64,000 nucleotides of DNA from Sphyrna mokarran (GCA_024679065.1 JAGIQG010000032.1:13702001-13766000), one strand, 5' to 3'. Shown: positions 41,045-54,785, counted from the stretch's first letter. Numbers and translations are program-made. Notes: a model not told the origin generated them from the letters alone.

Positions 41045-41580
41045 AAATCATAGTTTAATAAAGTGTAGAAGGGAGCCTTCAAGTCTGTGTTAACTCTTTC
41101 AAAGAGCAATTCAGTTAGTTCCACTTCCCAGCACTTATCCAATGTCATGACAATTTTTCTCCTTCAAATATTTACCCAATTTCCTTTATGGGCTACTGTT
41201 GAATCTTCTTGCACCACCCATTAAGCATTGCATTCAAAACCTAACCATTCACTACACAAAGAAATTTCCCCTCAGGTTACCTTTGCCAATCACCTTGAAT
41301 CCATGTTTTTTGATTATCAATCTTTCAGCTACTGGAAAGCGTTTCTTTTTATTTATTCCATAAAAACCCCTTCATGATTTTAAACACCCTTAGTAAATTA
41401 TCTCTTAGCCCCCTCTGCTCAAAGGGCAATCCTTATCCAGTCTTAACTCTCAACTGTATTATCCCAGTCTTGTAACCACTCAAGTAAATCTCCTCTGCAC
41501 CCTCCCCAAAGCCTTCACATTCTTCCTAAAGTTTGGCACCAAGAGATGGACAAATTCCCCAGCTGGGGATGAACTATTGT
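41045..41580 (-). mobile_element. CR1 LINE 3' fragment
   Basis: Antisense CR1 3' signatures ('ttcatgattttaaacacc', 'gtaaatctcctctgcaccct...ccttcacattcttccta'). Confidence 0.7.
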
Positions 41581-43376
41581 TTTACTTGGGTGACTAATTT
41601 AAAGTAGAAAGCGAGTAACATTGAATTTAAGCTGCTGAAATTTCAAATTTGTTTCTACAAATATGTGGACACAGAATTCCAATCGTATCCCAAGAAGAAT
41701 CAAATGCTCTGAATTTTAAATATACAAGACTTGGATAGCGGTAGCGGCACTGCTGGGGTTGGAAAGGAGGAGACAAATTTAAGATAACAAAAAAGGAAAT
41801 GGTCATTAAAGCTTAATATCTGTAGTGAAGCCCAGAAATGAGCTTTCAAGGTGGTAGAAATGAATTATTGAGGAGTGGGATAGCAGCATCAGCGGTCAAT
41901 TAAATTGGAACGAAAACATTTCATCTTTTTATTAATTCAAATCCCTTGGGCTTTAAAAGAGGAGTAATTAGATATGCATAGAATCCAATAACTTTTTTTT
42001 ACAATTTAACAGAACATTAAGCAACATTAAGTTGTGTGAAACTGTGTAACTTAGATTAGAAGACGAAAGCACATCTGAAATAATCTGGTCATTAGATGAG
42101 TTCCCAATAGATATAATTAATAATTTGGAAAATATTCAACATAAATTGCCTCCATTGTTAAGGGTGTAAAAACTATAATCTTACAAAAGCATCTGCAATC
42201 ACATGGAAACATCTTTTAGGGAAATGATGGTTCCCATAACCATTTCCTTGAACATTTGTTCCTGTTGAGTGTATAAGTAACATCTGGGTCTTCAGGCTTT
42301 AAGCTCCTGTATACACTGCTTCCCTTGGTACAGCAGAAAAGGCTCAAGTGATGAGTATAATGAAATGAACATTAAAGGCTAGCTGATACTTTTGGATTTT
42401 TTTTCATCATTTTGAACGTATTTTGGTATCTTTAGTCTGAAGCACCATTTCCAGAAAAGCCAACAACCTTTATCCAGGCCTTTGTGAAATAGAGTAGGAG
42501 CCAAATGAGAGGAATTCAGGTGTGATAATAATTAATAATGCTCATTTTGCATCTCCCTCCAATCCACAGCTCTTTTAACACCTGCTTGAGGGGGATCTTG
42601 TCTCATGAGGATTTTGTTGCTGGCTTGTGGTCAATCATGCCAGTGCATCAATCACTCTTCTTCAGAACTAAATGGAAGATACGATGCTGGAATCCAGTAG
42701 TTCTAGGATCCTGTAGCCAATTGCAGGAGCTAACTGCTTGAGGGAAAGCTGCTGACTGTATGACAAAGTTACCCCCAACAGCCTTATCCATCATCTCCAG
42801 GGTCCCAATGGTTTGGAAAACTCTATAGAATTATTGACTTCGTAACTGCAGAAAGCAGGCAGAGCTTTGTGGATAAATGGAGACTTAGACCAGTGAGCCT
42901 TTTGTGCACCGTGAGGGATTTTGAGATGTCCCCACCACCAAACAGTAGATACCTAATATATACTCACAAATAGCATGGCAAGATTCAGATATATTCCCAC
43001 CACCAGTGTGCCAGACATCTGATGGGATACCTGAAAATACTCTGCAAAATTCAAACATGTATCCACCACCAGACACGTAACACCCAACAATATTGAAATA
43101 CATAACTGGACTGTCAGAATTCAGCACACACCTTTAAATTGTCCAACATTGATTGCAAAACACAAGACCTTTATACACAAATACATTACACCAAACAGCT
43201 TGGGAGTGAGTTGGATTATTATCTGTGATATCCCTTTCCCCAGACAGCCAACATTTCAGGTACAAATCCACCACCACCAGGAAAAAGAGGGAAAACGAAC
43301 GCTCAGTTACAAAAAAAAAGACCAAGATTCAAAATAAAGAAATAAAAATCCCCTTACCTTACCACGATGGAGAAAG

Positions 43377-43610
43377 CCATGATGTGGAGTTGCCAGCATT
43401 GGATTGGGGTAGGCACAGTAAGAAGTCTCACAACACCAAGTTAAAGTCCAATAGGTCTATTTGATAGCATGAGCTTTTTGGGGCGTTGCAATTTTTTGCC
43501 CCTTTTTGGGGCATCAGGTGATGCAGTATGATGAAGGGGCAACACTTTGAAAGCTTGTGCTACCAAATAAACCTGTTGGACTTTAACCTGGTGTTGAGAG
43601 ACTACTTACT
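43377..43610. mobile_element. Second palindromic Penelope-type element with a decayed hammerhead core
   Basis: Arms 'agtaagaagtctcacaacaccaagttaaagtccaataggtctatttgatagca' / 'tgctaccaaataaacctgttggactttaacctggtgttgagagactacttact'. Core (a)TGATGA-A-GGGGC...GAAAGCTT. Target-site duplication gatggagaaa (43366-43375, 43613-43622). Confidence 0.75.
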
Positions 43611-44833
43611 ATGATGGAGAAAAGTGTTCGGTGCAATACTAACTGTCCAGGTGAGCAGTAATCTCAACTGGGTACCATTAACCTTCCTTCCTCTATCTTT
43701 TAAAGATGTAATATCATTTGAATCTTAATTTTTGATAGGTTTATGAAAAGGCTAATTTGGAACAGGTTCCGTACTTACATTTGAGTACAAGAAATTAATT
43801 TAAAACATGTAGAACTGAAAAAAAATAATTTTGCTGCAAACTTTGAAATTAGAATCCTTATTTAAATCAGTTCTTTGTTCCAAATGCATATTGTATTTCG
43901 TAATAAACCAGATAATTTATATGATGACACAATTCTTTTTATAGTGTCATATTCTAAAACTACTTATTAGTGCAAAACTGGTATTTTTATTCTCTTCCAT
44001 TAAAGCTGCGACAGAATCATTCTACATTAATAGAGACAAGGATATAGCATTACTGAAGTATGCTACCCTGCACCCTTGATAATGCCAACTTGCAGGGAGT
44101 TCAGCTGGTCATTGTATGTTGCTACCATTCCAGTCTTCTGATGTCCAACAAAGTACCTTAAATCCTGTACAAATTAAAAACCAGCATACCACTTGTGAAA
44201 TCCAAGTAGATTACTAGGTCCATGGATGGTGAGCTGCTGACTAGCTTCAGCTTGTAAGTTGCTGCAAGCATAAAATAATGGTGCAACTCATCCCAAATCT
44301 GAAATCCAAGCTAAAAGGGGATGAGATAAAATGAACGATTGAGCCTAGTTGTATTTCTGGTGTCAGTGAACTTGACCGTCTCTGCTTGCTGTTAGTAATA
44401 GATGCAGCAATGATCTTTCCATACCATTGACAATCATGTGTGTCACACCCTGACAACTCAGAGGCTAACATCATTGACTGTTAAGAGCCAGCCTTGTAAA
44501 AAGAATACATGGCAAGTAGGAGCTGGGATGGTGGTAGTGGGAACATGATTTTTATCCCTTAAATCCAATACTGGGCATCTGTTCCTGAATGATAACACTG
44601 AAAATATGAGTGATAGGAGAGAGAAAGAAACTTCCTGATGCTAGTTTTCCAATGGATCAATGTTTTCATGCCTCTGGAAATGGGAAAGAAACAGAAACAC
44701 AACCAATGATTGACAAACAGAATGGGATATGCATATGCCTTGGTGATGTGTGTGGCTGATATCTGGCAGTCCATTTATTTATTTTTGTTGGGATGGGGCA
44801 GAGCTTGGGAAACAAGTATGTAACAGCGCTGAC

Positions 44834-44926
44834 CTGATTTATCAGAGTGCTTCAATTTGACAAATATTTCAACATTTACATCTTGAGGGGCAAAAGTCAA
44901 GTTAAAACCCTTAATGGACAATCCGA
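44834..44926 (-). other. Candidate unannotated alternative exon (poison or terminal)
   Basis: Acceptor ...ttttcgctcag follows a 172-nt zone with no AG on the transcript. Possible donor CAG|gtcagc. An in-frame TAA follows after 5 codons, and overlapping AATAAA signals lie at 44774-44783. Confidence 0.35.
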
Positions 44927-46796
44927 CTGAGCGAAAATATTGTAAACAGGCAGCAGTCAAACACGATTAGCATTTACGTTAAAGAGGAAAGGAGTAAACA
45001 ATGTAACAGAAAGCAGCACAAATGGAGTAAACCAGGATGAGTTAGCATGCAGATGCAGCCATGCAGCAGAGAGCCCAAGGGGCAGACAGGTAAAGAGCAG
45101 CTCCAGCATCAGCACCAGACTCAGCCACACCTCCATCTACTGCTCTAATCCTCGTCTCATTGCTCTAGTGCATTAAAGGCATAATTCTCCTGAGAGAAAG
45201 TGCTGCTGCTGTCCTGTGGTAAAATCTCTTAAAGAATGCAACAGTTTTAGACATTTCAGAAAGTGGGTGCTCTTTAGTAGATTTTGCTACTGATGTCAGT
45301 CTGCATTAGTAGCTTCCTGCTAAGTTGCACTGGATTCAGAGCAATGCAATTCCATAATGTGATGGCAGGCTTTATTTTTTTCTAACTCTCATCACTGAAG
45401 ACTTATGAATAATGACAGCTAACAAACGGCGAGCTATCTTAATTGGTGTTTAGACATTCTGTTGCTGCGCAAAATGAATGTTTATGTTGAGTGCTATGTT
45501 GATACGGTAAAATTAGAAAGTTGGAAAATAAGTTGTTTATAAAATGTCACTTTGCATCAACTTTCTTTACATTACAAAAAAAAAGTTGCAATTATACGAA
45601 AGACAAGAACTGCAGCCAGCTTTCGGGGCTGAGGCCAGAAGCCACACTTGCCAGCTGTGGTTTAAGACATTGCATGACTGGAAATTGCTACCACATGGTC
45701 TTATCTCCTGGGCAGGGAGTCTGAACGTTCTGACAATTTGTTCTCTGAACATAAGCCTCCAAATGAAAACCAAAATGTTGGCCAAACATAACATATCGTC
45801 AATCTTCTTCTGCTAATGGGGAAACGAGACAAAAAACAAAAGGACACTGACTTCCAGAGTGTTTCCCAGCTATATAAGCACTGATGCAAAGTCCAAGTGA
45901 CTAAAGGTCTTAAAAACTTTACACCGAACATAAATTGAGAACTTTTTCACAGAAGTTACCTCCACCAGGCAGTTTGTGTGCTGATGAAAGAGCTGGTTTT
46001 CAATTAGGGTGAAATAATTAAGGTGGGGTCGAAAATCTGAGGGAATTCACAAAAGACAAAAATTAGTAGAAGCAACAAACAGTGACTATCTAAAAGCAAA
46101 AAAAAAGCCCATTCAGTCAAGCAGGCTGCTGACAGATTGTAAAGCAAGCCAAAAGCATTTAAGGATCTGAAGGGCTGGCGGGTTGAGGCCTTTAGAGTTT
46201 TGGAGGGGGGAAGGGAAGGGAAGGGAGGGACGCGGGAACTTGACTGAAGATTAGGGCTGAGGATTTAGACCACACAGTATCACTGAGCGGAACGCTGGTG
46301 AAAGACGAGCCTCTGGCAAGCTCTCATGAAATGGTTTCCATGGAAGAGTCACATGGATTTTAATGAAACATGTAAAGTACAAAAGCTGCACGCAGAAAAT
46401 AAGGATGAGAATATCAGAGTAATGGAAGAACTGACTATAAGGCCAGATTAGATATTCTTTAAAATGGAAATTTGGAAATTAATGATGCAATGTAAATATG
46501 AAAATTAAACAACGATGTTATCCTTTTTTGGGAGGAAATGCCAAAATAAGGTAGCTGGAATAGTCTGGCTGCCATGCTTTTCTTCAACCTTAGACTAATA
46601 AAACAATAGGAATTCTTGTTTTGAGGCACTAACAAAAAAAAGTTAACAAAGGTGACATGTGCCTTATCAGAGCCAAATGTCTCCAATGACAGTGTGACAA
46701 TCCTAGCAGTAACATCTGACATCACAGTCTAAACAAAATATTAAATCTCTGTGGGTCAGAGGTCACCACAAGCACGCCTTGTCCAGTTTGACTTAC

Positions 46797-46888
46797 TTTC
46801 TGCCTCGTGTCGCATTAAAAGTCCCTCCGTATTTCTTCCGATTAAGGATGAGAGCAGCAATTTCTGGTACGTATCGAGCAAACATTGC
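46797..46888 (-). CDS. KCNMA1: Alternative, mutually exclusive S6-RCK1 linker exon (e9alt)
   Basis: 92 nt with the same phases as exon 9, acceptor ttcatgcatgtag and donor gtaagt. Translates [30 protein letters not shown](K). Confidence 0.95.
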
Positions 46889-47065
<177 letters not shown>

Positions 47066-48239
47066 CTAAGAAGAAGATAGGAGACAGAAGAATAGACTAA
47101 AAAGAGAGGCCAAAGAGGGGGGTGGGATGCTGTGCTCTAAGGTTCAGAAGATGTTCTTAAGATCTGAAACCATGAAAGAATTAGTCAGATCTGTAAAGAA
47201 GATCTCAGCTCTGTTCAAACTAGAACTCACAAAGCAAAAAGGCTCAAGGAAAAGGTTCTTTTTCATAAGAATCTAAAGGAATTGGAGTTGTTTTGAAATT
47301 ATGTTGCAAGAGTATTTTCATCTACTCAAGAGATGTTTCTCTAACAGAACAGTAAAGGCAACAAATAAACTGTAGCATCTAAAAGAACAAATGAGGCCAA
47401 AGGCTCAGAAGGGCTTGCACCAGTTTAGTTTGTGAGTTTTAGGAAATTTTTCAATGAAAATAATTGGACCAAAATCATGTTTTTGAAGAAAAATAAAAGT
47501 GTTAAAAAAAAGTCAGAGCTGATCATGTAACAGCCAAACAAGTCCAAAAGGTCTGCTCGCAAGATTCAACATTGAAGGAAAAAAATGCAAAAGTAGTCAA
47601 GAGAAAATTTCTATCTGCCATGTTTCGTGCAACAAACACTTTGCTTGTGGTAGGTTGCATCTGAGAGCTGTGTCTGGATGAGTTTCTGAATGTTTTATGT
47701 TGGGATCCACCTAAAGCCACCTCACAGTTACTCTGGCTGGTCTATAGCAACCTATTCTCAATTGTAAACTCAAACTTCAAGCTTTAGTTATGGCTGTCCA
47801 ACTTTCGTTATCAGCAAGGCTGCTAAGTTGTATGTAAAAGACACAGCAGGATCTTCTCAACATACACTGAGCTCTCAAATGGTGCATTTGGTTCATTCTC
47901 ATGAATGCGTTTAGTTCAAAATTTTATGTTGAAACATATTTTCAGCATAAATTAATTAAACCAAAATCCAGTAGCACTTATGATACAAATAAAAATATGC
48001 TGACTCAAGTGGAAACTCTAGCTGGTTGTCTTCCTCCCACCCCCAGAAGAATTGAAACTAACCATAGCACCACTATAGTCAGCACATATCAACTCCAGAA
48101 GCTCCACCTGTAGATTAATTTTACTAATTGAGGCATCAAAACAAGAGAAGGAACATCATTGAAATGCTATCACCACTGGCTGTGAGAAAGCATAATTATG
48201 GGCATTAATTTCCTCTTTATGACCTTGAATGCCCTTCTA

Positions 48240-49330
48240 AAAAAAATATTCATGGGATGTAGGCTTTGCTGGCTATACCAACATTCATTGCCCATCCCTA
48301 AGTGCCCTTGAGAAAGCATAACCATTGCAGTCCGTGTGGTGTAGGTACACCCATAATGCTATTAGGGCATGAGTTCCAGGATTCTGGCCCAACAGCAGTG
48401 AAGGAACAGTGAAATATTTCCAAGTCATGTTGGTGTATGGCTTGGAAGGGGACATCCAGATGCTGGTTTTCCCAGGTATCTGTTTCCCCTGCTTGTCCTT
48501 CCAAATGATACTGGTCAAAGGTTTGGAAGGTGCTGCCTAAGGAGCCTTGGTGAATTCCTGCATCTTGTAGATGGTCCATACTGCTGCACTGTTCGTCGGT
48601 GGTAGAGGGAGTGAATGCTTGTGGATGAACTGGGTGCTAATCAAGTGAGCTGCTTTGCCCTGGATGGTGTCAAGCTTCAAGTGTTGCTGGAACTACACTC
48701 ATCCAGGCAAGTGCAGAATATTCCATCACTTGTGCCTTGTCAATGGTGGACAGTGTTTGAGGAGTCAGGAGGTGAGTTACTTGCCACAGAATCCTGGACT
48801 CCAACTTGCTCTTGTAGACACAGTATTTATATGGCTAGACCAATTCAATTTCTAATGTTGATCATGGGGTAGTTAGCAATGGTAATGCCACTGAATGTCA
48901 CGGGATGATTAGATTCTCTTTTGTTGGAGATGGTCATTGCCTGGCACTTATGCGGTGCAAAATTTACTTGCCATTTGATGGTCCAGGCATGGATATTGCC
49001 CATATCTTGCTTAGTTTGGACACGGACTGTTACAATATCTGAGAAGTCACAAATTGTGCCAAACATTGTGTAACCATCAGCAAACATCCCCACTTCTGAC
49101 CTTACAATAGGCAGAAGGTTAATAATGAAGCAGTTCAAGATGGTTGGACCTAGGACATTTCCTTAAGGAACTACTGCAGTGATGTCCTGGAGCTCAGATA
49201 ATTGACTTCCAACAACCACAACCATCTTTTGTGCCAGGAATGAGTTTAACCAGGAGTCCCTATCCTCTACCCTTTGACTCTCACTGACTCCAGTTTTATT
49301 GGGTTCCTTATTGTCAAGGGTAGTTACTTT
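48240..49330 (-). mobile_element. 5'-truncated CR1-clade LINE (same family as 5370-6380)
   Basis: Minus ORF CFIINLLPIVRSEVGMFADG...KWQVNFAPHKCQAMTISNKRESNH. Confidence 0.85.
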
Positions 49331-49379
49331 CATCCCATCTTATTTTGATAGAGAAGTTAACAATGACCAGGACTGAATC

Positions 49380-49900
49380 AATAAGAAGGTCTCTTCTCTG
49401 GACCCCATGTCTGTATTTTCAAACCCAAGACTAAGGGCATGCTTTACTGGACAGCAGTATTGCTCTGCTCCAGAGATATCTGACACCAAATTCCCAAAAC
49501 AACTCAACTTGGACCTCGATCAAAGAATGAGACTCCCAGGTGGGCAACAGAAACACTTTAGAGACATCTTTATAGCATCCCTGAAGAGAGATCAAATATC
49601 CCTGCTGACTCATGGGAGTTTCTGGCTTATGACCAACTGAAAAGGAGAACGTTCAGTCAGGATGGCAGAGAATACATTGACAGACTTTGGTGGGACATGC
49701 CAAAGGAGGAGTTGAGGCATTGGCAAGACTGCACTGACCTCATCAACTGATCTATCTTTGCTTCCAAGCACCACCTGTCCCACATGTGTCAGAATCTGCA
49801 TATTATGTACTGGAGCACTCATGTCAAATCCCATTGAACCGCAGTGAAAGCAAGTCATTCTCGATCCCAAAGAACTGGCTAAGAAGATTACTTTTATTGA
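49380..49900 (+). mobile_element. RTE-clade LINE 3' end
   Basis: Translated pieces ISDTKFPKQL...RLPGGQQKHFRDIFIASLK, DSWEFLAYD and CPTCVRIC match the RTE ORF C-terminal signature. Confidence 0.7.
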
Positions 49901-52900
49901 AACATCCTTTTAAATGTGGGTGCAAATGGCAAAGAAGCATAAATTATTTCACATAAGCAATGACTGAATTGAATATGTTACAGAGTGTGCATGTTTGGTA
50001 AGAAATACTGTTAAACCAGTATGTTAAGAAGACCTGCATCACGAATCATCACCTCACTGGATCTGAATGCCTCAGTTGTGCACTTCGAAGTTAAATTATT
50101 GAGCCTCTTAGTTGGTCTTTAAAGATTTTGGATTCCATAGTCTGGCAATGACTTGTTTACACCAGTGAATGAATGCTGACTATTCTCTATGCTACATTCA
50201 AGGAGGTGTCAAAATTCTTTCTGTCATTGAAATGTCAGTGATGAAAGCGTTCACCTGTTTATATCACCCTGAGCAATTTCTGAATTCACATCAGTGATGG
50301 TTGCTAATAAATTTGACATGTTCTCATCCAGGGGTACAGGCTTTACAGTGCAGCCTATAACCACATGTTTGTTAGCAGTTGGAGAGGGACACAGAGGGGT
50401 AGGACTCCTGAAACCGCACTAAAAAATCTAAAACAACACTTTATTAAAAGGAGCAAATCACACACAAGGGATTATGGTCGCTGGCATATGTAGAAAATCA
50501 TTAAACAAAACAAAAATAGCTCAAAACACCAACCTGGAACTATGACATAAAGCAAGACAAATGTTTGTTTTCTACATTATCTACGTCACTGAAACTTTTT
50601 CATAGAACTGGTTTTAAAATGAGTAACAGCTAAAATTCCACTAATTTTCACCAGCTCATTTTAAAAACACAAAAGATTGAAAGCACATTTTGATTGTATA
50701 CAATCCCCGGTTACAAAAAAACCCATTTTTATTAGCATTTCTGAACAATCTCATCAAGTCAAAAGGCAACTTTACCCTCCTTAAAAAAAACAAAGCAAAT
50801 GGTACAGTATGGTCCAAATTAGCTCCGAATCGAGCCCTACATTGGAGACTCTTGACTCATTACCTGCTATACATAGCCCTATGCACAACAGATTTGGACA
50901 GTGTCAACTTTTCACTGTCTGGATACTAGTATGCTGATCAAAACTGCCCATAAATCAGGGCAAGAAAGGCATTAAAGCCAGCTGCCTCACTTAGGTCACA
51001 AAGATAGCAGTTGTGTGGAAATATAGGAGGCATTCCCTGCAGTCTTTTTCTCAGATTTGAGCTCGGCATTGTCAAATAATATGGTCATGGCAATAAAGTC
51101 ATTTCCATATTTCATGAAAATAAAGTCACAATCCAAAACAGACAGCAACACAGGATGAAAATTAGTGATGGTTTTGGATGCCTTCCACAGCTTGGGCATC
51201 AATTTATTGGAAGTCAAATTTACATTTATACCTAACTTTTTATGATTTTTAATTACTTAAAATGAGCAGCACAAGCAGATGATGAGCTGTGGGATATGAT
51301 CTATATCCCACTCAGCTGGTAATCATAACTCACTTGTAATTGTTAGCTGTGAGTTGTCAGGCTATTCTGCTATAGGAAATAAATCGTATTTCACAGCTCA
51401 ACACATATCTTTGATTTACGTTACACCTGGCTATACTATAGCCAAGCTTGGAATGCTTAATGACAACCCAGGGTGCTTAAAGTGGAAAATGTTTCACTGC
51501 CAGCGCTGATATTCACCCATCTTAATGAACATTAAAATTCACCATTTTCTTTTACATCTCAAGTAGTAAATGTTCATAATTGGCTCTCCGATAAAATCCT
51601 CAGTCATCTCCTCAGAGCTTCTTACTGATGGGCTGTGTAGAGATCCAATTTAACAATATAGGCAGTAGCATTCCCAAATCTTACAGGTCAGAAAACGTGA
51701 CAAATTGTATGGGAGATTGCACACGCCACTGGAAAAATTAAGTATAATTGTTCAAACTGTCCAAGTTCAGGAGGAATCAGTAGGATCCATTGATAGAATA
51801 AAATGATAAAATTGGGTTTATTCTGTGTAGTCTGTTGCTACCCCCCAGACTTGTGTTCTTTCCATTCATTGTGATTGCACAAATGAGTGCAAGCTCAAAA
51901 GGGAGATTGCAAACGAACTCTATCTAAAGTTCGCCTCAGAGATAATGAAGTGGTGATATGATGCATAACTAAGGTTTCCAGAGGTAGAGGGCTTTACTTG
52001 CAGGAAGAGGAGAGCAGTTTCATTAGTGTTACTTTAAAATAATTTACACCAATAATATAATTTGGAGGCAGTGGGAATAGAGTGAGGCTGATATTTTTAA
52101 ATTGAAAATATCCCAGTGGATCATCCATGTTGTTGCTCACTGTTGTCAGATGCTAAACCAGGGCAGGCATCAATCGCCAGAGGGGTCAGAGAGGCATTTT
52201 TCTCTGTGTGGACTCTGAGCTTTTTAAAATTTCCTCTCTCAGGGTGAGTAGGAGGGAAGGAGTGGTTGATTCATGATGTTCTAATGGTCATGTTGCTGGG
52301 TAGACTAGAGGGACAAAGCTGGTCTTTCCCTGCCAGTCAGTCTTGTCGGTTATTTTATTAAGGCAGGACCACGGCACAGTGTATTATTCTGCTGCTAAAC
52401 TGGAGCAGCGTGCAATCAGTCCCTCCTTTCTATGGCTGCATAGTCTGACTGCTGTGTAGACACCTTGAAGCTAATTGGAAGGCAATTGTTCTTGGTGGAC
52501 CCAGAAATAGATGGCAGCATGCTCTTTGGAGCTACAGATATAATTCTAGCAGAATATTTTAAACAACAGAATAATATTAAGAAATAAAATATAAAACAAT
52601 CAACAGGAATAGTCTGTCAACCAGTTAGGAACACTGCTTCGCTGCTGTGCTGACTGATCTCAACAGTGGGAAGCTTGCATGCTTAAACTTTAATATATCC
52701 ACTCAGCAAAACTGCATGAAAAAGAATTAATGGCAACCCCTGCTGTTGAATAAAATACAGTCTTTCAACATACCGGACTGCTTTATGGTGCAGCTGCACA
52801 GAATTGGCTGAGGGGCTTCTTGTTTTGCAGTAAATTATATTTTTAAAAAATTTTTTCTAAAAAGTCTCCAAGAGGGTAGAGTTGCCTTTGAACTAACTTA

Positions 52901-54244
52901 CTAATGATTCAACATGCTATCCCCCCCACCCCCCCACCCCAACTTCAAAATTAACTTCTTTTCTCCGAGACCACAATACTTAAAGCTCTTGTTTGGAATT
53001 TCTGTGATGTTTTATTTTATATTTAAATGCTTCAGTGGGATCATTGTCATGTTAACAAAGCCATTATCTAAAGCTTGCCATTTTTCAATTCAGAAACAGC
53101 AGCACAATCTCAGTTTATAAAGTAAAACATTTTTTGTTCCAGTTTTAAAATTAAATTGCTATGTATTATAGTTTGAGAACACAGCAGATTAGGTAGTTGT
53201 CTACTTTCAAAGTTTCCTTAGTCTTAAAAGGCTATCACAGAATTCCATTGCAAGACAAGCACTTAAAAGAAAATGTCTGATAACATATAGTTTAGGCATT
53301 AAAAACACCCTGGGGATGAATAGCTCTGGCTGCCTTTGCAGAGTCAACATATGGCAAGGACAGTGGGGTGCGAACATTAATGGTCCTAATCTTCCTTAGT
53401 CACAAAACATAATTCAGTGAACCCCCGCTGCTTTGCCTCTATGTTGCCCAGAAACTGTTTGCAAACCTGCCAATGAATTGGTAAAAATAAAGGCCTCTTC
53501 TTCAATCAAAACAGTGGAAATGTAATCAGCACCAGGAACACTTGTACCAGGAGTGACTCTTCTGGGGTCGATCAAGTGATGGCTAGTGCTGCTAAGTACA
53601 GCTATGTATGATCATGAGTCTGCATTATTGGGATGGAAACCTGCCACACTGTACTGTCAGAAAGTGCATGTGGCTTTGAGAAGCTATATGCCTGGCATTA
53701 CCAAGCTAAGGATGCCTAAATGGCATATAAATTAGTCAATTGTCCAATGTTAAGCTTTCAAGGCCTTACCAGCATTGCTTTTAAATTATTAAATGGCTGC
53801 TGGTTGGTGGGCCTTTCAGCTACATTCGGCTGTCCGTTTAAAGGGAACCCTGCAGGGCAATTGTAGCTAGTTGTAAACAGATTCCATGATTTCTCTACTT
53901 TGCTGTTCCCTTTGCTTTTGCTGCAGAAATTAATGAAGCTTCTTAAAGTTGCATGCCTCCCTTTTAGTCTGCGTTTCCAAGAGAAATGGCCAAACCTAAA
54001 GATCGAAACATTCAAAGGAAACATTAAATCTGTTTCCCTCCTTACGATGCTGCCTAGCCTGCTGACCACTGCCAGCGTTTCAGAACTCAGTATTTTACTT
54101 TTACCCAAATAAGTCCCAATGGACATCTTTATTCAGCTGCATGTTATGGAGATGTGGAAGAAGCATAAAGAGCAGTTGTCTGTACACTTTAGAAGTGGAA
54201 GACAGGCATATTATTATTTTGCCAGCTGGGTATTACAGTCAATA

Positions 54245-54785
54245 GAGTCATAGACTCAGAGGTTTACAGCATGGAAACAGGCCCTTCAGCCCAACTTGTC
54301 CATGCCTCCCTTCTTTTTTAAACCCCTAAGCTAATCCCAATTGCCCGCATTTGGCCCATATCTTTCTACACCCATCTTACTCAAGTAACTGTCCAAATGC
54401 TTTTTAAAAGACAAAATTGTATCTCTACCATCATCTCTGGCAGCTTGTTCCAGACACTCACCACTCTGTGAAAAAATTGTCCTTCTGGACACTTTTGTAT
54501 CTCTCCCCTCTCACCTTAAACCTATATCCTCCAGTTTTAGACTCTCTTATCTTTGGGAAAAGATATTGATGATTTAGCTGATCTGTGTCTTTCATTATTT
54601 TATAGATATCTATAAAGATCACCCCTCAGCTTGATTTAGAGTTGGATTTAGCTCTTGAGGTGAAACAATTCAAAGGATACATGGAAACGGCAGGATCAGG
54701 CTATTGAATTGGATGATCAGTGTGATCAAACTGATTGGTGGAGCAAGCCCAAAAGGCCAAACAGCCAACCCTACTTTCTATGTAT
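54245..54785. mobile_element. Two CR1 3' fragments in opposite orientation (minus about 54245-54630, plus about 54630-54785)
   Basis: Antisense tail 'agagtcatagactcagaggtttacagcatggaaacaggcccttcagccc', then sense tail 'ggatgatcag...ggtggagcaagcccaaaaggccaaacagcc'. Confidence 0.65.

Noticed and set aside
43351-43365. Tandem strong donor-like motifs (GTAAG GTAAGG) on the transcript strand
   Set aside because: No supportable upstream acceptor or open exon. The adjacent sequence is a mobile element.
54245-54785. Opposite-orientation CR1 pieces as a twin-priming product
   Set aside because: Both pieces have their own, dissimilar 3' tails, so two independent insertions is the simpler explanation.
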